NCBI GenBank assembly: GCA_951406725.2
Contig: OX597826.1
Location: forward strand, 4,340,001-4,404,000
Source: Octopus vulgaris
Lineage: Eukaryota
Reading direction: 5' to 3'
DNA: 64,000 bases
The position numbers and the translations under genes were made by a program. Shown one piece after another: positions 41,261 through 54,398 of this stretch. The notes under the pieces are model-generated. The model saw nothing but the letters and a program-made list of their open reading frames with translations. It ran no database searches and was not told the origin of the DNA. How positions within the stretch are numbered: the first letter of the stretch is position 1; the number at the start of each line of letters is the position of its first letter.

Positions 41261-41775
41261 GAGTGAGAGAGCAGTGCATGTTATCAAAGTGACACGGGTA
41301 AAATATACTAAGCCTAGTATACCCATCTCAACCATATGTGCACAACATGGTGATCTCATATCAAGATAAACCGTGCATGACCTTGCAGGTGGGGCACAGT
41401 TAGAACTTTCTTGAGGTCGAGTAGCCCATCCCACTCAAAAGGTCCCTCAATAAGGTTTGCTTTAAGGATGATGAACAAAAGACTAATGTTTCCAGAGGTG
41501 GGTCATTCAAACCCCAAAGAATTCCTCTCAACACAGGGCTATGATGCTCCCCCACTACTTCGGCTCGTGATCAGAGATGCACATATCGTCAGCCAATAAG
41601 GGACATGGTCAACTGGTTAAGGTCAAACAACTGACAAGCAAATCTGTGGCATTGAGCAGAATATTTGCTGTAGCCCATCTTTTATACCAAGACAAAACAA
41701 TGTACATGATAACACTTCCAATCAGTTAAGATCAAAAGCTATGAGGACCACTGCCTGGTATTGTATCAGGGCATT
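41261..41775 (-). mobile_element. ~515-bp non-coding element with an (AAT)n tail, inserted in an (ATT)n tract (possible R4/Dong-type non-autonomous retroelement)
   Basis: A complex GC-balanced block bounded by (ATT)9 on the left and ATCATTATT on the right, sitting between two SINEs. No tRNA head and no credible ORF. The classification is inference. Confidence 0.5.
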
Positions 41776-41789
41776 TATCATTATTATAT

Positions 41790-42008
41790 AGGCGGTGATC
41801 TGGCAGAATTGTTAGCATGCCTGACAAAATCCTTGGCAGTATTTCGTCTGTCTTTACGTTCTGAGTTCAATTTCCGTCGAAGTCAACTTTGCCTTTCACC
41901 TTTTCGGAGTCAATGAAATAAGTACCTGTTTCACATGGAGTCGATGTAATTGACTATCCCCCTCCAATAAATTTCAGGCCTTGTGCCCCTAGTAGAAAGG
42001 CTTATTAT
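41790..42008 (+). mobile_element. SINE family A, tail type 2
   Basis: GGCGGTGATCTGGCAGAATTGTTAGC...AAATTTCAGGCCTTGTGCCCCTAGTAGAAAGG. Confidence 0.87.
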
Positions 42009-43030
42009 AATTATTAGCTATTGTAGTAGTAGTAGTAGTAGTGTGGGTGACCGAATCGGTGGAAAGTGGACAAGATAATGACCACACAACCCTATGTGGT
42101 TATATTCGATTATCTTGTGTATTGAAATCTCAATGAGGTTACTTTCACTTTCATTTCTCCATGATGAATTGAAATACCAGTTAACTACTATTATCGATTT
42201 AATTCATTCTTGTTTATCCTGTCATCACTGATCTATCTATATGTAAGATCTATAATATCAAAAGTAATAATGCGGTGATCATCACGCTTCTTCCCTACAA
42301 GCTGAGAACTCGAAATCGAAACACGTTATCCAATGTATTCTTTTGTATTCTTTTCTTAGAAAGTATAGTCTAATTTGAGGGATTGTCGATCGTTATTTCT
42401 GAAGAGTAGAAAGGCCAGGAAATGTCTGTCTCATAATTCATTCCAATATTTTGAGGTGTTGTACCTAGTCACAAGACACGTTTTATATAAACACCTGGCC
42501 CTTAAGGAAGCCATTTACTTCTTTCATCTTTTACCCGCCACCAATTATAGAGGTCCTGCAAGGTTCATACATGTTGCTGTACTCCGTTTGAGTAAAATCT
42601 TTTTGAAAAGTGATTCCGCGTTGCAGAAAAAATGCTTACGATCATGAGTACTGTTGTTCTTTTTATAAAGTTATCATTATCTGTTGATGAAATTGTTCGT
42701 TATAGTCATAACTGTCGGTAGAGGTAGAGAAATAAGCAGATAGTTCAAGAGGTAAATAGATAATTTGGAAGGGAGGTAGGCAGGGAAAGTGTATAGAGAG
42801 AATTGGTGTCCTTCTTAATGCTCTAAGATTCAATATCGATTCCCGAGTGATTGAGAATTCATTTCATTCGAAGGTGTAAATATCGTTTCGCCAGGTACAA
42901 AATCAGCAAAATTTCGTTGTGCATAAAAGTTAAATTTTGTATTGCGCGTCCGCGCACATACACATACACACAACACACACACACACAAGAGAAGACAGTT
43001 ATGTGTTTAGCGTACGTATATAACGGTAAC

Positions 43031-43064
<34 letters not shown>

Positions 43065-43135
43065 TGCACGTATGTAAACATATATAGCATGTATGTATGT
43101 ATGTATGTATGTATGTATGCATGTATGTATATGAT

Positions 43136-43179
<44 letters not shown>

Positions 43180-43319
43180 GAAGAAGTTAAATGGAAGGTT
43201 GATAAGTTAGGAAGAAACGGTTTAGAAATACGAACTATCAAATACCTTAGGCCACCCGACTTTAGGTAGACTGCGTTCAAACTTTATAAAAATAATGTAT
43301 CTATCATCACTCCTGGATG

Positions 43320-43377
<58 letters not shown>

Positions 43378-43761
43378 ACGACTGCGGGTATACAAGAGAC
43401 AGCTAACAAAGGCACCATCGGAGATGAAAAACAGATAGCTTTGTGCAGAAGCGTTACGACTTATATGCAAAACTTACCCATTGCTAACACTCTCTATTTA
43501 AATGTTTTCATTAATTGTTCCCTTATATAATAAGTACAAAATCTGTTCATGTATTGCATTGACTGCTTGGAAATCGGTAAAAGGAGAAAGAGTTAAGTTC
43601 CGTTAAATATCTGCAAATTCAGCTGAAAATGAGGAGCAAAACACAGAATATACACGTTCGTGTTGACTTCTCTCCACCTCTTGATTGTTTACGCTCTTAC
43701 ACACACACACACGTATGTACGTGTGAAAAGTGGATATGCCTGTATATGTGCGTATAAATGA

Positions 43762-43826
<65 letters not shown>

Positions 43827-43969
43827 CAGGATGTCCCAAAAAAATGTATACACATAGTGGTTCGGCACTAAGAATAAGTATTAGGGTTACAAAGAATAAG
43901 TATTAGGGTTACAAAGAATAACAAATTTACAATTATTTAAGGTGTGTATACATTTTTTGGGACACGCTG
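43827..43969. mobile_element. Tc1/mariner-type MITE in a (TA)n target
   Basis: 27-28 bp TIRs: left CAGGATGTCCCAAAAAAATGTATACACA, right (reverse complement) CAGCGTGTCCCAAAAAATGTATACACA; TA on both sides. Confidence 0.9.
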
Positions 43970-44252
43970 TATATATATATATATATATGCGTGTGTGTAT
44001 AAATTTGTATAGGTGCTTATATACATGCGTGAGCGTGTATTATGTATCACGTATGCATGTGTCTATGCGTGATTTTGCGCATAGATTTAAGTATGTAAGT
44101 GCATTATACACATGTTAAACATATATGTACACATGTAAGAATTATGTATAATATATTACAAAATATATATGTATGTGTGTGTGTGTATATGCGTGTGTGT
44201 ACAATATAATGAACAGTAAAAATATTACGTAAGAAATGTATGTCTGTGGGTC

Positions 44253-44289
<37 letters not shown>

Positions 44290-44977
44290 GCACACACGTG
44301 CAAATTGTGTGTATCTTTATATATTATACATACCTGCTTACCTACACACACATACACACACAAGCACCTGCAAGTTGTGTTATCTATCTATCTATCTATA
44401 TATATATTTGAGGTTATATCTTAATTCTTATATATCTATATAAACATACATACAAACACAAACGTATACATACAGGCATTTACGCGCGCTTAGTATGATG
44501 GGCGATCCGCGTATAACGAATATATATAGACAATTCTTACACATACTTCTCACACACATCATGAACAGCCATCCACACCAACACGCGCGCATACCAAGCT
44601 GTACTCTTAGTGTGAATATAGTAGATACTACGAATGTACTACTGCTTCAACTTCTACTCGAAGCTGCTGCCATAAATGCTAATGTCGCAGCTCCAACTGC
44701 AGCAGTACTTTTCTAGTGTCTATGCGCGAATGTCAATATATACATATATATATGTGTATATATGTATATATATATATATAAATATATATATGTGTGTGTG
44801 TGTTTGGAATTTGCTATAGACATTCAGTAACGGATTCAATGGAAATGCATTTATTGATAGTAAATTCGAAGTTTCTCACGCATGTGACTTACTTCACTAC
44901 CTTGAATAAATCATTTTGTTCAGGAAAACTTCGAAGTCATTGCTAATAAAACATTACTCTCTCTCACTCTCTCTTTG

Positions 44978-45041
<64 letters not shown>

Positions 45042-45337
45042 TAATATATGTATATTCATGTATATATATATATGAATGTATATATATATGCATGTATATA
45101 TATATATATGCATATATATATATTTATGTATATGTATGTAGTTTATATACGAATACGTAAACATACACACACACACATATGTGTGTGTGTGTGTGTATTT
45201 GTATGTGTGTGTGTATATATATATATATCAAATGGATTTCTTATAAAACTATTTGCACATACAATTACATACCAACAACCCAACACACCTCCAGCACATA
45301 TACTCACATATCCACATATCCACGGGCACACGTGTGC

Positions 45338-45409
<72 letters not shown>

Positions 45410-45484
45410 CACATACACACATATATATATATATATATATATAATATGCTACACACACATATATATATAGCATATATTTGCTCG

Positions 45485-45534
<50 letters not shown>

Positions 45535-45866
45535 AACGTATTTATACATACATACATGCATACATACATACATAATCTAAGAGAAAGGAGATGCATGCAA
45601 AGGAACAAACATAAATTGTAACTCTGCACTTATACCTATCTACAGCCAATGAAAATATCTAGCCAGATATGCATCACGTGCAAAATTTTCCGGGTGAGTG
45701 ACTCTGAAGATCGACTCACATAAAATAGACACATCTCCATTTGGAAATAGCCGAGATCAGTCGGGCATGGGCGAAAATAAATGGGTATATATACTAATGC
45801 ATAGGCTTTCGTGTAGCCAAGCTTGTGCATATCGGGAGAGACAGCTATGAAATAGATATCTAACCA

Positions 45867-45905
<39 letters not shown>

Positions 45906-46067
45906 CTATACACACACATATGTATATGTACATATATATGTATGTATGTGTATAAATATATAAGATTTTACTTGCGTATACTGGATTTCTGTGTATATAA
46001 TTGTGCAATCTAAATACAAACATCCAACAATATTTGTATGCATTTATACATATATATATATACACAT

Positions 46068-46134
<67 letters not shown>

Positions 46135-46840
46135 TGCGTACGAAGAGAAATGTAAAGAAAAATTATTAACATCTATAATAAAAATGATTATATCTAAGGC
46201 AGATGCATACATCACGTAACACGAATACTGACATCTCAAAGGCGAAAGCATGCAACACTTTATATACGGGGTGCACGGTGACGGAAGAAATTTAACATAC
46301 ACACGCGCATATATGCTCGTGTGTGTGCACTCGCACGCGTTGAGGATGTATATATATATATATATATATATTAGACAGTAATATTTGCATGTGGGAAGTG
46401 TAATTTTAAGATAGACAGTTAGATAGATAAACAGACAGTCTATATCATTTTATATTATCAAACTCTGTTTAACTCATACATAATTTTATCGATCCATCTA
46501 CAGAAATCTTTATCTATCCATGTACATATCGATCTTTACACCTAGGTTTTCTTCCATTTCTTTCTCTTTCTATCGTATGCACACATACACACACACAGAT
46601 ACACACACACGCACACACATACCCACACATATTATTTATGTATATATTATCTTCTCTGTCCGTTCTATACCACTGATGCTCTGTCGGTCTCTTTTCCCGT
46701 TTGTATTATAACTGAGAAAGAAATTAATTATCAATCAATCTACTCCTCTACTTTTCCATCATTATTTCTTGTGTAAAAAAAAAAATTAAAGTTTTCTTAA
46801 ACTCTCTCCGTGTCTGTCTATACATGTATGTATATATATA

Positions 46841-47071
46841 TATTTCTTTACTACCCACGAGGGGCCAAACACAGAGGGGTCAAGCAAAGACAGACAAACG
46901 GATTAAGTCGATTGCATCGACCCCAGTGCGCAACTGGTACGTAATTCATCGACCCCGAAAGGATGAAAGGCAAAGTCGACCTCGGCGGAATTTGAACTCA
47001 GAACGTAACGGCAGACGAAATACGGCTGCGCATTTCGCCCGGCGTGCTAACGTTTCTGCCAGCTCGCCGCC
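46841..47071 (-). mobile_element. SINE family A, tail type 1, with ~21-bp TSD
   Basis: Full-length reverse copy; TCTATACATGTATGTATATAT at 46817-46837 and 47072-47092. Confidence 0.93.
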
Positions 47072-47200
47072 TCTATACATGTATGTATATATTCACACGT
47101 AACAGATAATTGTTGCAGAAATCAAGAGACATAAACTTATAAAGAAGCGAATTGTTCGTTATATCGATTCCGGTACTCGATGCTAACTTTATTTCATTAT

Positions 47201-47606
47201 AGGCGCAGGAGTGGCTGTGTGGTAAGTAGTTTGCTTACCAGCCACATATTTCCGGGTTCAGTCCCACTGCGTGGCACCTTGGGCAAGTGTCTTCTACTAT
47301 AGCCTCGGGCCGACCAAAGCCTTGTGAGTGGATTTGGTAGACGGAAACTGAAAAGAAGCCCGTCGCATACATGTATATGTATACATGTATGTGTTTGTGT
47401 GTCTGTGTTTGTCCCTCCAACATCGCTTGACTACCGATGCTGGTGTGTTTACGTCCCCGTAACTTAGCGGTTCGGCAAAAGAAACCGATAGAATAAGTAC
47501 TAGGTTTACAAAGAATAAGTCCTGGGGGTCGATTTGCTCAACTAAAGGTGGTGCTCCAGCATGGCCGCAGTCAAATGACTGAAACAAGTAAAAGAATAAA
47601 AGAGTA
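47201..47606 (+). mobile_element. SINE family B, full length (best copy)
   Basis: AGGCGCAGGAGTGGCTGTGTGGTAAG...GACTGAAACAAGTAAAAGAATAAAAGAG. Confidence 0.94.
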
Positions 47607-48219
47607 ATATTGTTTGGTTCGAAACTATAGTTCACTTGAGTGTAGTTCGAACCCTGGACGTAAAATTTCGGAACAAAGCAGCAGAGCGTTTTATTGATCA
47701 CTCTAACGGCGTTGCCTAATCACGGCTCTTATGATGTAAAACGAACAATTGACAACGTATAGTGTCTTCTATACTCATTTATATATATATACATATATAA
47801 ATATACATACATTTCTTTGTTATTCTTTGTCAACCTTCGAGCGTATGTGTACCCGCACACACACACACACACACACTCACTAACACACACTCTCTCACTC
47901 ACACATGCACACATTCATATATATTTACATATATACATACATGCATACATACAGATAGACAGACAGACAGACATATATACCCGTACACATAAAATGGGTG
48001 TTCAATGCTTGTCTTTTTTTAAGTGTTGACATTAACGCACGCCAACGTCATTTTTAATCAATATGCGTTATAGTGAAGTGTGTAGAGTGTGGTGTGTATA
48101 TGTGTTTAACAAATTCTTACTGTTTTCTTTACCTACTTACACACACATTTACCTTCCACACATTTTCGCATATGTATGCTACACACACACGTGCATATAT
48201 GTGTATCTATGTATACGTA

Positions 48220-48276
<57 letters not shown>

Positions 48277-48610
48277 GTGTATGTATGTATATATATGTAT
48301 GTGTGTATGTATGTATATATATGTATGTGTGTATGTATGTATATATATGTATGTGTGTATATATGTATATATATGTATGTGTGTATATATGTATACGCAT
48401 GTGTTTATAGATGCATGTATATATATATATATATATGTATGTATAAATATATATGCATATGTGTACATATATATATGCAAGTATATGTGTGTATATATAT
48501 ATGGATGTGTGTCTGTATATATATATATGCATGTATGTGTGTACATATATATGCAAGTATGTGTGTGTGTATATATATATATAATGTGCATCTGTGTGTA
48601 TGTACATATG
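48220..48610. repeat. Compound (AT)/(GT) minisatellite with ~26-bp units
   Basis: Repeated GTATGTATATATATGTATGTGTGTAT. Confidence 0.9.
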
Positions 48611-50104
48611 ATATATACATACATAGTTTTGCGATATATTTATCATTCTATATGTGACTCACTTTCAATTACATGTGTATGTGTGTGCTTGTGTGTGTGT
48701 GCGTGTGTGTGCCTGTGTGTGTACTGGCGTATACAGGCGTATGCGTCACTATAAATTACTTACGACAAAGGGTATTAATTCTAAGATTTAGTATATTTGA
48801 TCATATTGATAACGTTAAGTTATTGATATGTATCCATGGGAGCGGTGGGGGGGGGGGGGGGCAGAACATAGCGGTCGTTATGCCTCTCAGAAACAAACGC
48901 TTTTACTAAATGCACCTGGAGTGACGTAGATGTTAATTATTTTCGGTCTCCTTTTTTCTTTACGTTTTAACAGTGTGTACCTCGATTGATTGAATTTATA
49001 TCAAAGGTTTTCTAACTATGACATGACTTTTTTTTTCCGGGAGTACTGTAACTCTGGCTACATCATACGATGTTTCGTTGCATTTTAGAAAGATGTAGTA
49101 ATGTGATATAAATGGTATTTGAGTGCTACTTTTGACATGCGGCCACATAGAATATCGTAAATGACCTATATATGTTCTCTTTCTAGCTCGCCATATTTGT
49201 TACTGTTGCTCTTATTGTTGTTATTCTAGCTTAGCCCCAGGTAAATCCTGATCAAGCAGATCTGTGATCAAAGACGTTCCAGCTTGTACAATCCAATTTC
49301 ATTTTCAGAAGTGTAGAGCATCCTGCTTCAGATTAACCTATGGATCTGCTTTCAACTTTTAAGGCGTCAAGTTGTGATGATGAAGATTTGCCTCTTATTT
49401 CTAGCATACCAAGTAATGTAAAAAGAAATATAACAATATCTACTTGGAGCATGCATCTGAGACATATATATCCACCTAAAGAAAGTTTATAGATTTAAAG
49501 ATTATCATCCATGAGATTAATGAACGACTTTGGCGAATTTCTTGACTAGCACAATGCATTTCTTTTGTAGTGATGTGTTTTTAGAAGATACTTAAACCAA
49601 ATCTGAAAGAGAGATAAGCAGAGTAAACTACCCTCGTATTTGTCTGGTACATTTTTAATCACCTCGAAAGCAAAGGATGATTTGCTGTAGTTTGAGCCGT
49701 CCAAGAATTTGGACCTAGAGATTTCCATTTCCAGCGATTTCGAGGGCCACCTCCCAGTGGTGTCGGGCGTCAACGAAGAGCCTTCGACTACGACAAGACG
49801 ACCAAAGTTTTTTTTCTTTCCAAGGTCTGGGGTCTCCCGCCCCTAAGCCCTAGACCATCACCTAATCACCCTTACCCGTCTTGTTGCTTAACAACAACAG
49901 CCGTGGTTTGAACTTAGATGGCAGCAATAAATGCCTCTTGGAATTCACTCCGTTGCTGAGACGCTTCTTTTTCTTTGGTAATGTTGTTGTTTTATAATAA
50001 GCTCCGATTTGCAACGAGTTCTATATTTCTCAGTGGAAGATAATATACTTATATGTAGTGTTGTTGTTTAGCTCAAGTTCTTGTCACTAAAGGTATTACA
50101 AATG

Positions 50105-50446
50105 AGTAAGTTAAGAAGCCTTAGTGATATCACTTCCGGATCTTTACGTTCTGAGTTCAAATACTACCGCGGTCGACTTTGTGTTTTATCCTTTCGAGGT
50201 CAATAACATAAATATCCTGTTCAGAATGGCATTGATATAATCTTCCCTCCCTTAAAATTGCTGGCTTTGTGCAAAATACTTAGCGGTCGTTCGCCTGTCG
50301 CTATGCTTTCATTTCAAATTCCGCCGAGGTCGACGTTGCTTTTCACCCTTTCGGGGTCGATAAATTAAGTACCAGTGAATCACTAGGGCCAATGCAATCG
50401 ACTGGTTCCTTCCCCGCCAAATTTCAGGCCTTGCGCCTTAAGTAGA

Positions 50447-50450
<4 letters not shown>
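50105..50450 (+). mobile_element. Two head-to-tail family A SINEs followed by (ATT)n
   Basis: TTACGTTCTGAGTTCAAAT at 50144 and TTCAAATTCCGCCGAGGTCGAC at 50313; tails of type 3 then type 2. Confidence 0.82.
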
Positions 50451-50490
<40 letters not shown>

Positions 50491-50625
50491 GGGAATATTC
50501 ACTAAATGTACACTCCAGCACGTATCGGGTACACGTTTTCTCCTGTTCGCTTTAATCAACGTGTTAAACATACACGTAGAATATTTATTTGGGTATCTTA
50601 AGGTCTCTGTGTCTGCATTAACGTT

Positions 50626-50667
<42 letters not shown>

Positions 50668-51706
50668 GCACACACATATTGTGTAGAAAACAACGTACAA
50701 ATTTATCGAACTACATATCAAAGTTGCCAGTTTTCCTCTGTAGCATGACCATATTTGGACAGCTGAGTAGTGCAAAGCTGTACAGCTTGATGTATTATAC
50801 TGTGTGTGAGTTTATATGCGTGGTTCAATGCCTGCTGGTGCGTTAATGCGCGTGTGAACATGTTTGAGTGTGTGTGTGATTGCATGTGAGTGCGTGCTGT
50901 ATCGGCTCTACTCGTTGCCACTCTTGTACTGCAACAGCTATGCATGTCTTACAAGCCACCTTGTCTTCAGCTGAACTTCCTTTCATAATGCCACGGTATT
51001 ATGCGTATGCTTATGCGCGTTCATGTACGAGCATGTACATGTATGAGTGTGTAGGTGTCTTTGTACAAAAGTTATTGTGCGTGTATGTATGACTCTGTGT
51101 GTGTGTGTGTGTATATATACACGTGCACTCACACACGCATATCTGTGTGTTTATGTATGTAGAAAATATATATGAGAGAGAGAGAACAAGAGATAAGATA
51201 CAGAGTAGACCAGAAAGAAAAGAAGAAGAAAAAGAAGAAGAAGAAGAGGAAGAAGAAAACGAAGGAGAAGAAGAAGAAGAGGAGGAGCAAAAATGAGAAT
51301 GATGAAAAATGGCGGAAAAATATCGAAGACGAAGAGAAATAAAATCAGAAAAGTTGTGGATATTTTCTATGTAGGCAAACATCTTAGACAGAATGAATCG
51401 GATCAAATTGTATAGAATGAAATTTAGATCAGGGAATAATACGAAGATAATTTCAGTATGATCTCATCTTGATTCACCATCCAACACTTGTATGGACCAC
51501 CAAGTCGGCTTGTTTTTTGTCGGAGGGAGGGTTTAGTAAATAAACGCCATTGTAAAATAGTTATAGGAAGAGAGATAACGAGAGAAAAAAAGAACGAGAG
51601 AAAAAAAGAACGAGAGAAAAAAAGAACGAGAGAACGATATGGTGGTGGTAGTAGTGGTGGTGGTTGTGGTGGAGGAATATTTTTTTATCAAACTTTCTGT
51701 TTCTCA

Positions 51707-51740
<34 letters not shown>

Positions 51741-52150
51741 GTACATACGCTGGTTGATATGTATGACTCTTCGCCTTTTCTGACTGGTTATTACTCACTC
51801 TCCCTCTCTTTCACTTTCCCGCTTTCTCTCTCTCTCTCCCTTATAAATTTGTGTGTATCTCTCTTTCTCTCTTTTACTCTCTATGTATGTACGTATATAC
51901 ATGCATGCGTACAAGTGCGTTTGTATATATGTAATACCAGGTTTATTTGACTTCAGCTTGGGTTAAAGCACTGATGGCTAACGTTTTTCAGAATTTTATC
52001 CACTAAATTCATAGCAATTATTACATGGACCACGAAATATATTTTTTAGTTTTACGTGCAGTATGCCACACTGTAGGGCATAAAACCTGCTATCGGTCAC
52101 CAACATTTTTGTAAGGGTTGTTTGACATTCCCATTGCAAGGAAACGTATA

Positions 52151-52194
<44 letters not shown>

Positions 52195-52196
<2 letters not shown>

Positions 52197-52306
52197 CGTA
52201 GGCTCGAAACGTAAAAGACATTCAATTCCTGAGCGTTATACTAATACATCTGATTGCTTTGTACACCACCTGTCTTCGTCTTTCGTTTATTTCGTGAACT
52301 CTCCCT
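52195..52306 (+). mobile_element. Penelope-like terminal fragment, 5'-truncated inside the hammerhead motif
   Basis: AGCGTAGGCTCGAAACGTAAAAGAC...TTCCTGAGCGTTATAC...GTACACCACCTGTCTTCGTC...AACTCTCCC, homologous to 55794-55907; starts directly after (TA)n. Confidence 0.72.
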
Positions 52307-52535
52307 CGCATATAAGTAGTAAATATAGCCAGTATGCAAATAGTCACGCACATTATATAGTGAATATAGACAGTAAGTAAAAAGTCTTACAAGAAATCCT
52401 TAAAGATAAATCCTTAAAAATAATTATTGCTAACTTATGTAAAATTTCAAATTTGATTGAGGTTATGGGGCAAAAATGAGTAACTGTCGTCTATTGATCC
52501 TCGATATGCAAAGGATAACAGTTATATCTACATAT

Positions 52536-52765
52536 ATTTCTTTACTGTCCACAAGGGGCTAAACATAGAGGGGACAAACAAGGACAAACAAAGGGATTAA
52601 GTCGATTACATCGACCCCAGTGCGAAACTGGTACCTATTTAATCGACCCCGAAAGGATGAAAGGCAAAGTTGACCTCGGCGGAATTTGAACTCAGAACGT
52701 AACAACAGACGAAATACCGCTAAGCATTTCGCCCGGCGCGCTAAAGTTTCGGCCAGCTCGCCGCC
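52536..52765 (-). mobile_element. SINE family A, tail type 1, with 14-bp TSD
   Basis: TTATATCTACATAT at 52522-52535 and 52767-52780. Confidence 0.93.
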
Positions 52766-53078
52766 TTTATATCTACATATGAAAAATGAAATACGTTGTC
52801 ACACCTGGCATAATTTGAACTCCGATCATAAAGGGCATTTAGCTAAATATTTCAAAGATTTTGATTTCGATGTTCTACCATTCCAGCCATCCACCACTCT
52901 CTGAAATACACCACGACATTGTTTTCTAAGATAGGTACGTAATGATAATATATAGGGGAAAGATATGATCCATTATACCGGCTTCGTGTACATGACTGAT
53001 ATTGTGTTTTATCGAATTATACATAAATAACGAAAGGTTATTTTGATACCGTAGATATTTGATCTTAAAATGTTAACT

Positions 53079-53231
53079 GAGTGGCTGTGTGGTAAGTAGT
53101 TTGCTTAACAACCACATGGTTCCGGGTTCCGTCCTACTGCGTGGCATCTTGGGCAAGTGTCTTCTACAATAGCCTCGGGCCGACCAAAGCCTTGTGAGTG
53201 GATTTGGTAGACGGAAACTGAAACAAGCTCG

Positions 53232-53304
<73 letters not shown>

Positions 53305-53493
53305 TCTCCTCAACATCGCTTGACTACCGATGCTGGTGTGTTTACGTCCCCGAAACTCAGCGGTCCGGCTAAAGAGAAAGCTAGAATAAGTACTAGGCTT
53401 ACAAAGAATAAGTCCTGGGGGGTCGATTTGCTCGTCTAAAGGCGGTGCTCCAGCATGGCCACAGTCAAATGACTGAAAAAAGTAAAAGAGTAA
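53079..53493 (+). mobile_element. SINE family B with expanded internal (TA)n(TG)n
   Basis: Matches the 47201 copy on both sides of a ~70-bp internal microsatellite. Confidence 0.92.
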
Positions 53494-54398
53494 CAATTAG
53501 CGAGTCAATGAGTGCAATTTATATGCATACTTATATGGTTGCATGCTTGCTTGTATGTGTGTTTGTATCACGGTTTCTCAGTATATGTATGACATCAGTG
53601 TTCCATTGGATATTTTCGAGTATATGGATCTTTTTTGCAAAGTCCAGTTACCTGGATTACTTACCATTATCACCACCTTTTTAATCAATAATAGCAATCA
53701 ACCAAAATCGACGTTTGCGTAAACGACACAAATATATGACGATCGAATTGTAGTATTTCTGAAATCAAGACAAAATGGTTACGATTGGAGAAAACCTTTA
53801 GACAAAGTTTTGCTCAACTGCGACTAAAACAGGGACCAAACATCCACTGCAACAAAATCTGCAACAGTAAAATCAATAAACTCATTATCGCGAGGCCGAA
53901 AACTAAGTCTTTGTTTTCACTTGTCTCAAATTGTAAGGAATATGAAGTGGACAATCCAAGGAAGATTGCGCTTGTGGCTCATGAAGAGGATCAATCGACA
54001 GATCGAAACTGCATCACAATCATGCTTTATTTATTTATTTATTTATTTTTCCTTCAATGGCTTATCACTCAATTCTATGGCGGAGATGAGCATGGATTAG
54101 AATAACAATAATAACAGAAACAACAGTAAAATATACATGAAAATAATAATAATGATAATAATAACTAAAATAATAATAACAAAAATAATACTAATAATAA
54201 TAACAGCAACAACAATAATGTAAGATAATGTTGAAAAAAAGAGAAAAGATTCCCCAATAACAATGGTACATTGCGTTCGCCAGATTATCATGGCGGCGTT
54301 GAGGTATAGGCGCCATTTTAAAATAGTTTTGATAAACTCGCGTAATTATAATTTGATAAAGTCGTGTATTATTCGGTGTGCATGCATGTGTATAGTGG

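Noticed and set aside
43881-43910. TTAGGG telomeric motifs
   Set aside because: There are only two, 22 bp apart, and they are explained by a duplicated SINE-derived segment inside the MITE.
51578-51637. Regular direct repeats (16-bp ACGAGAGAAAAAAAGA, ~3.5 copies) considered as CRISPR-like
   Set aside because: They are contiguous slippage repeats with no spacers, the context is eukaryotic, and there are no cas genes.
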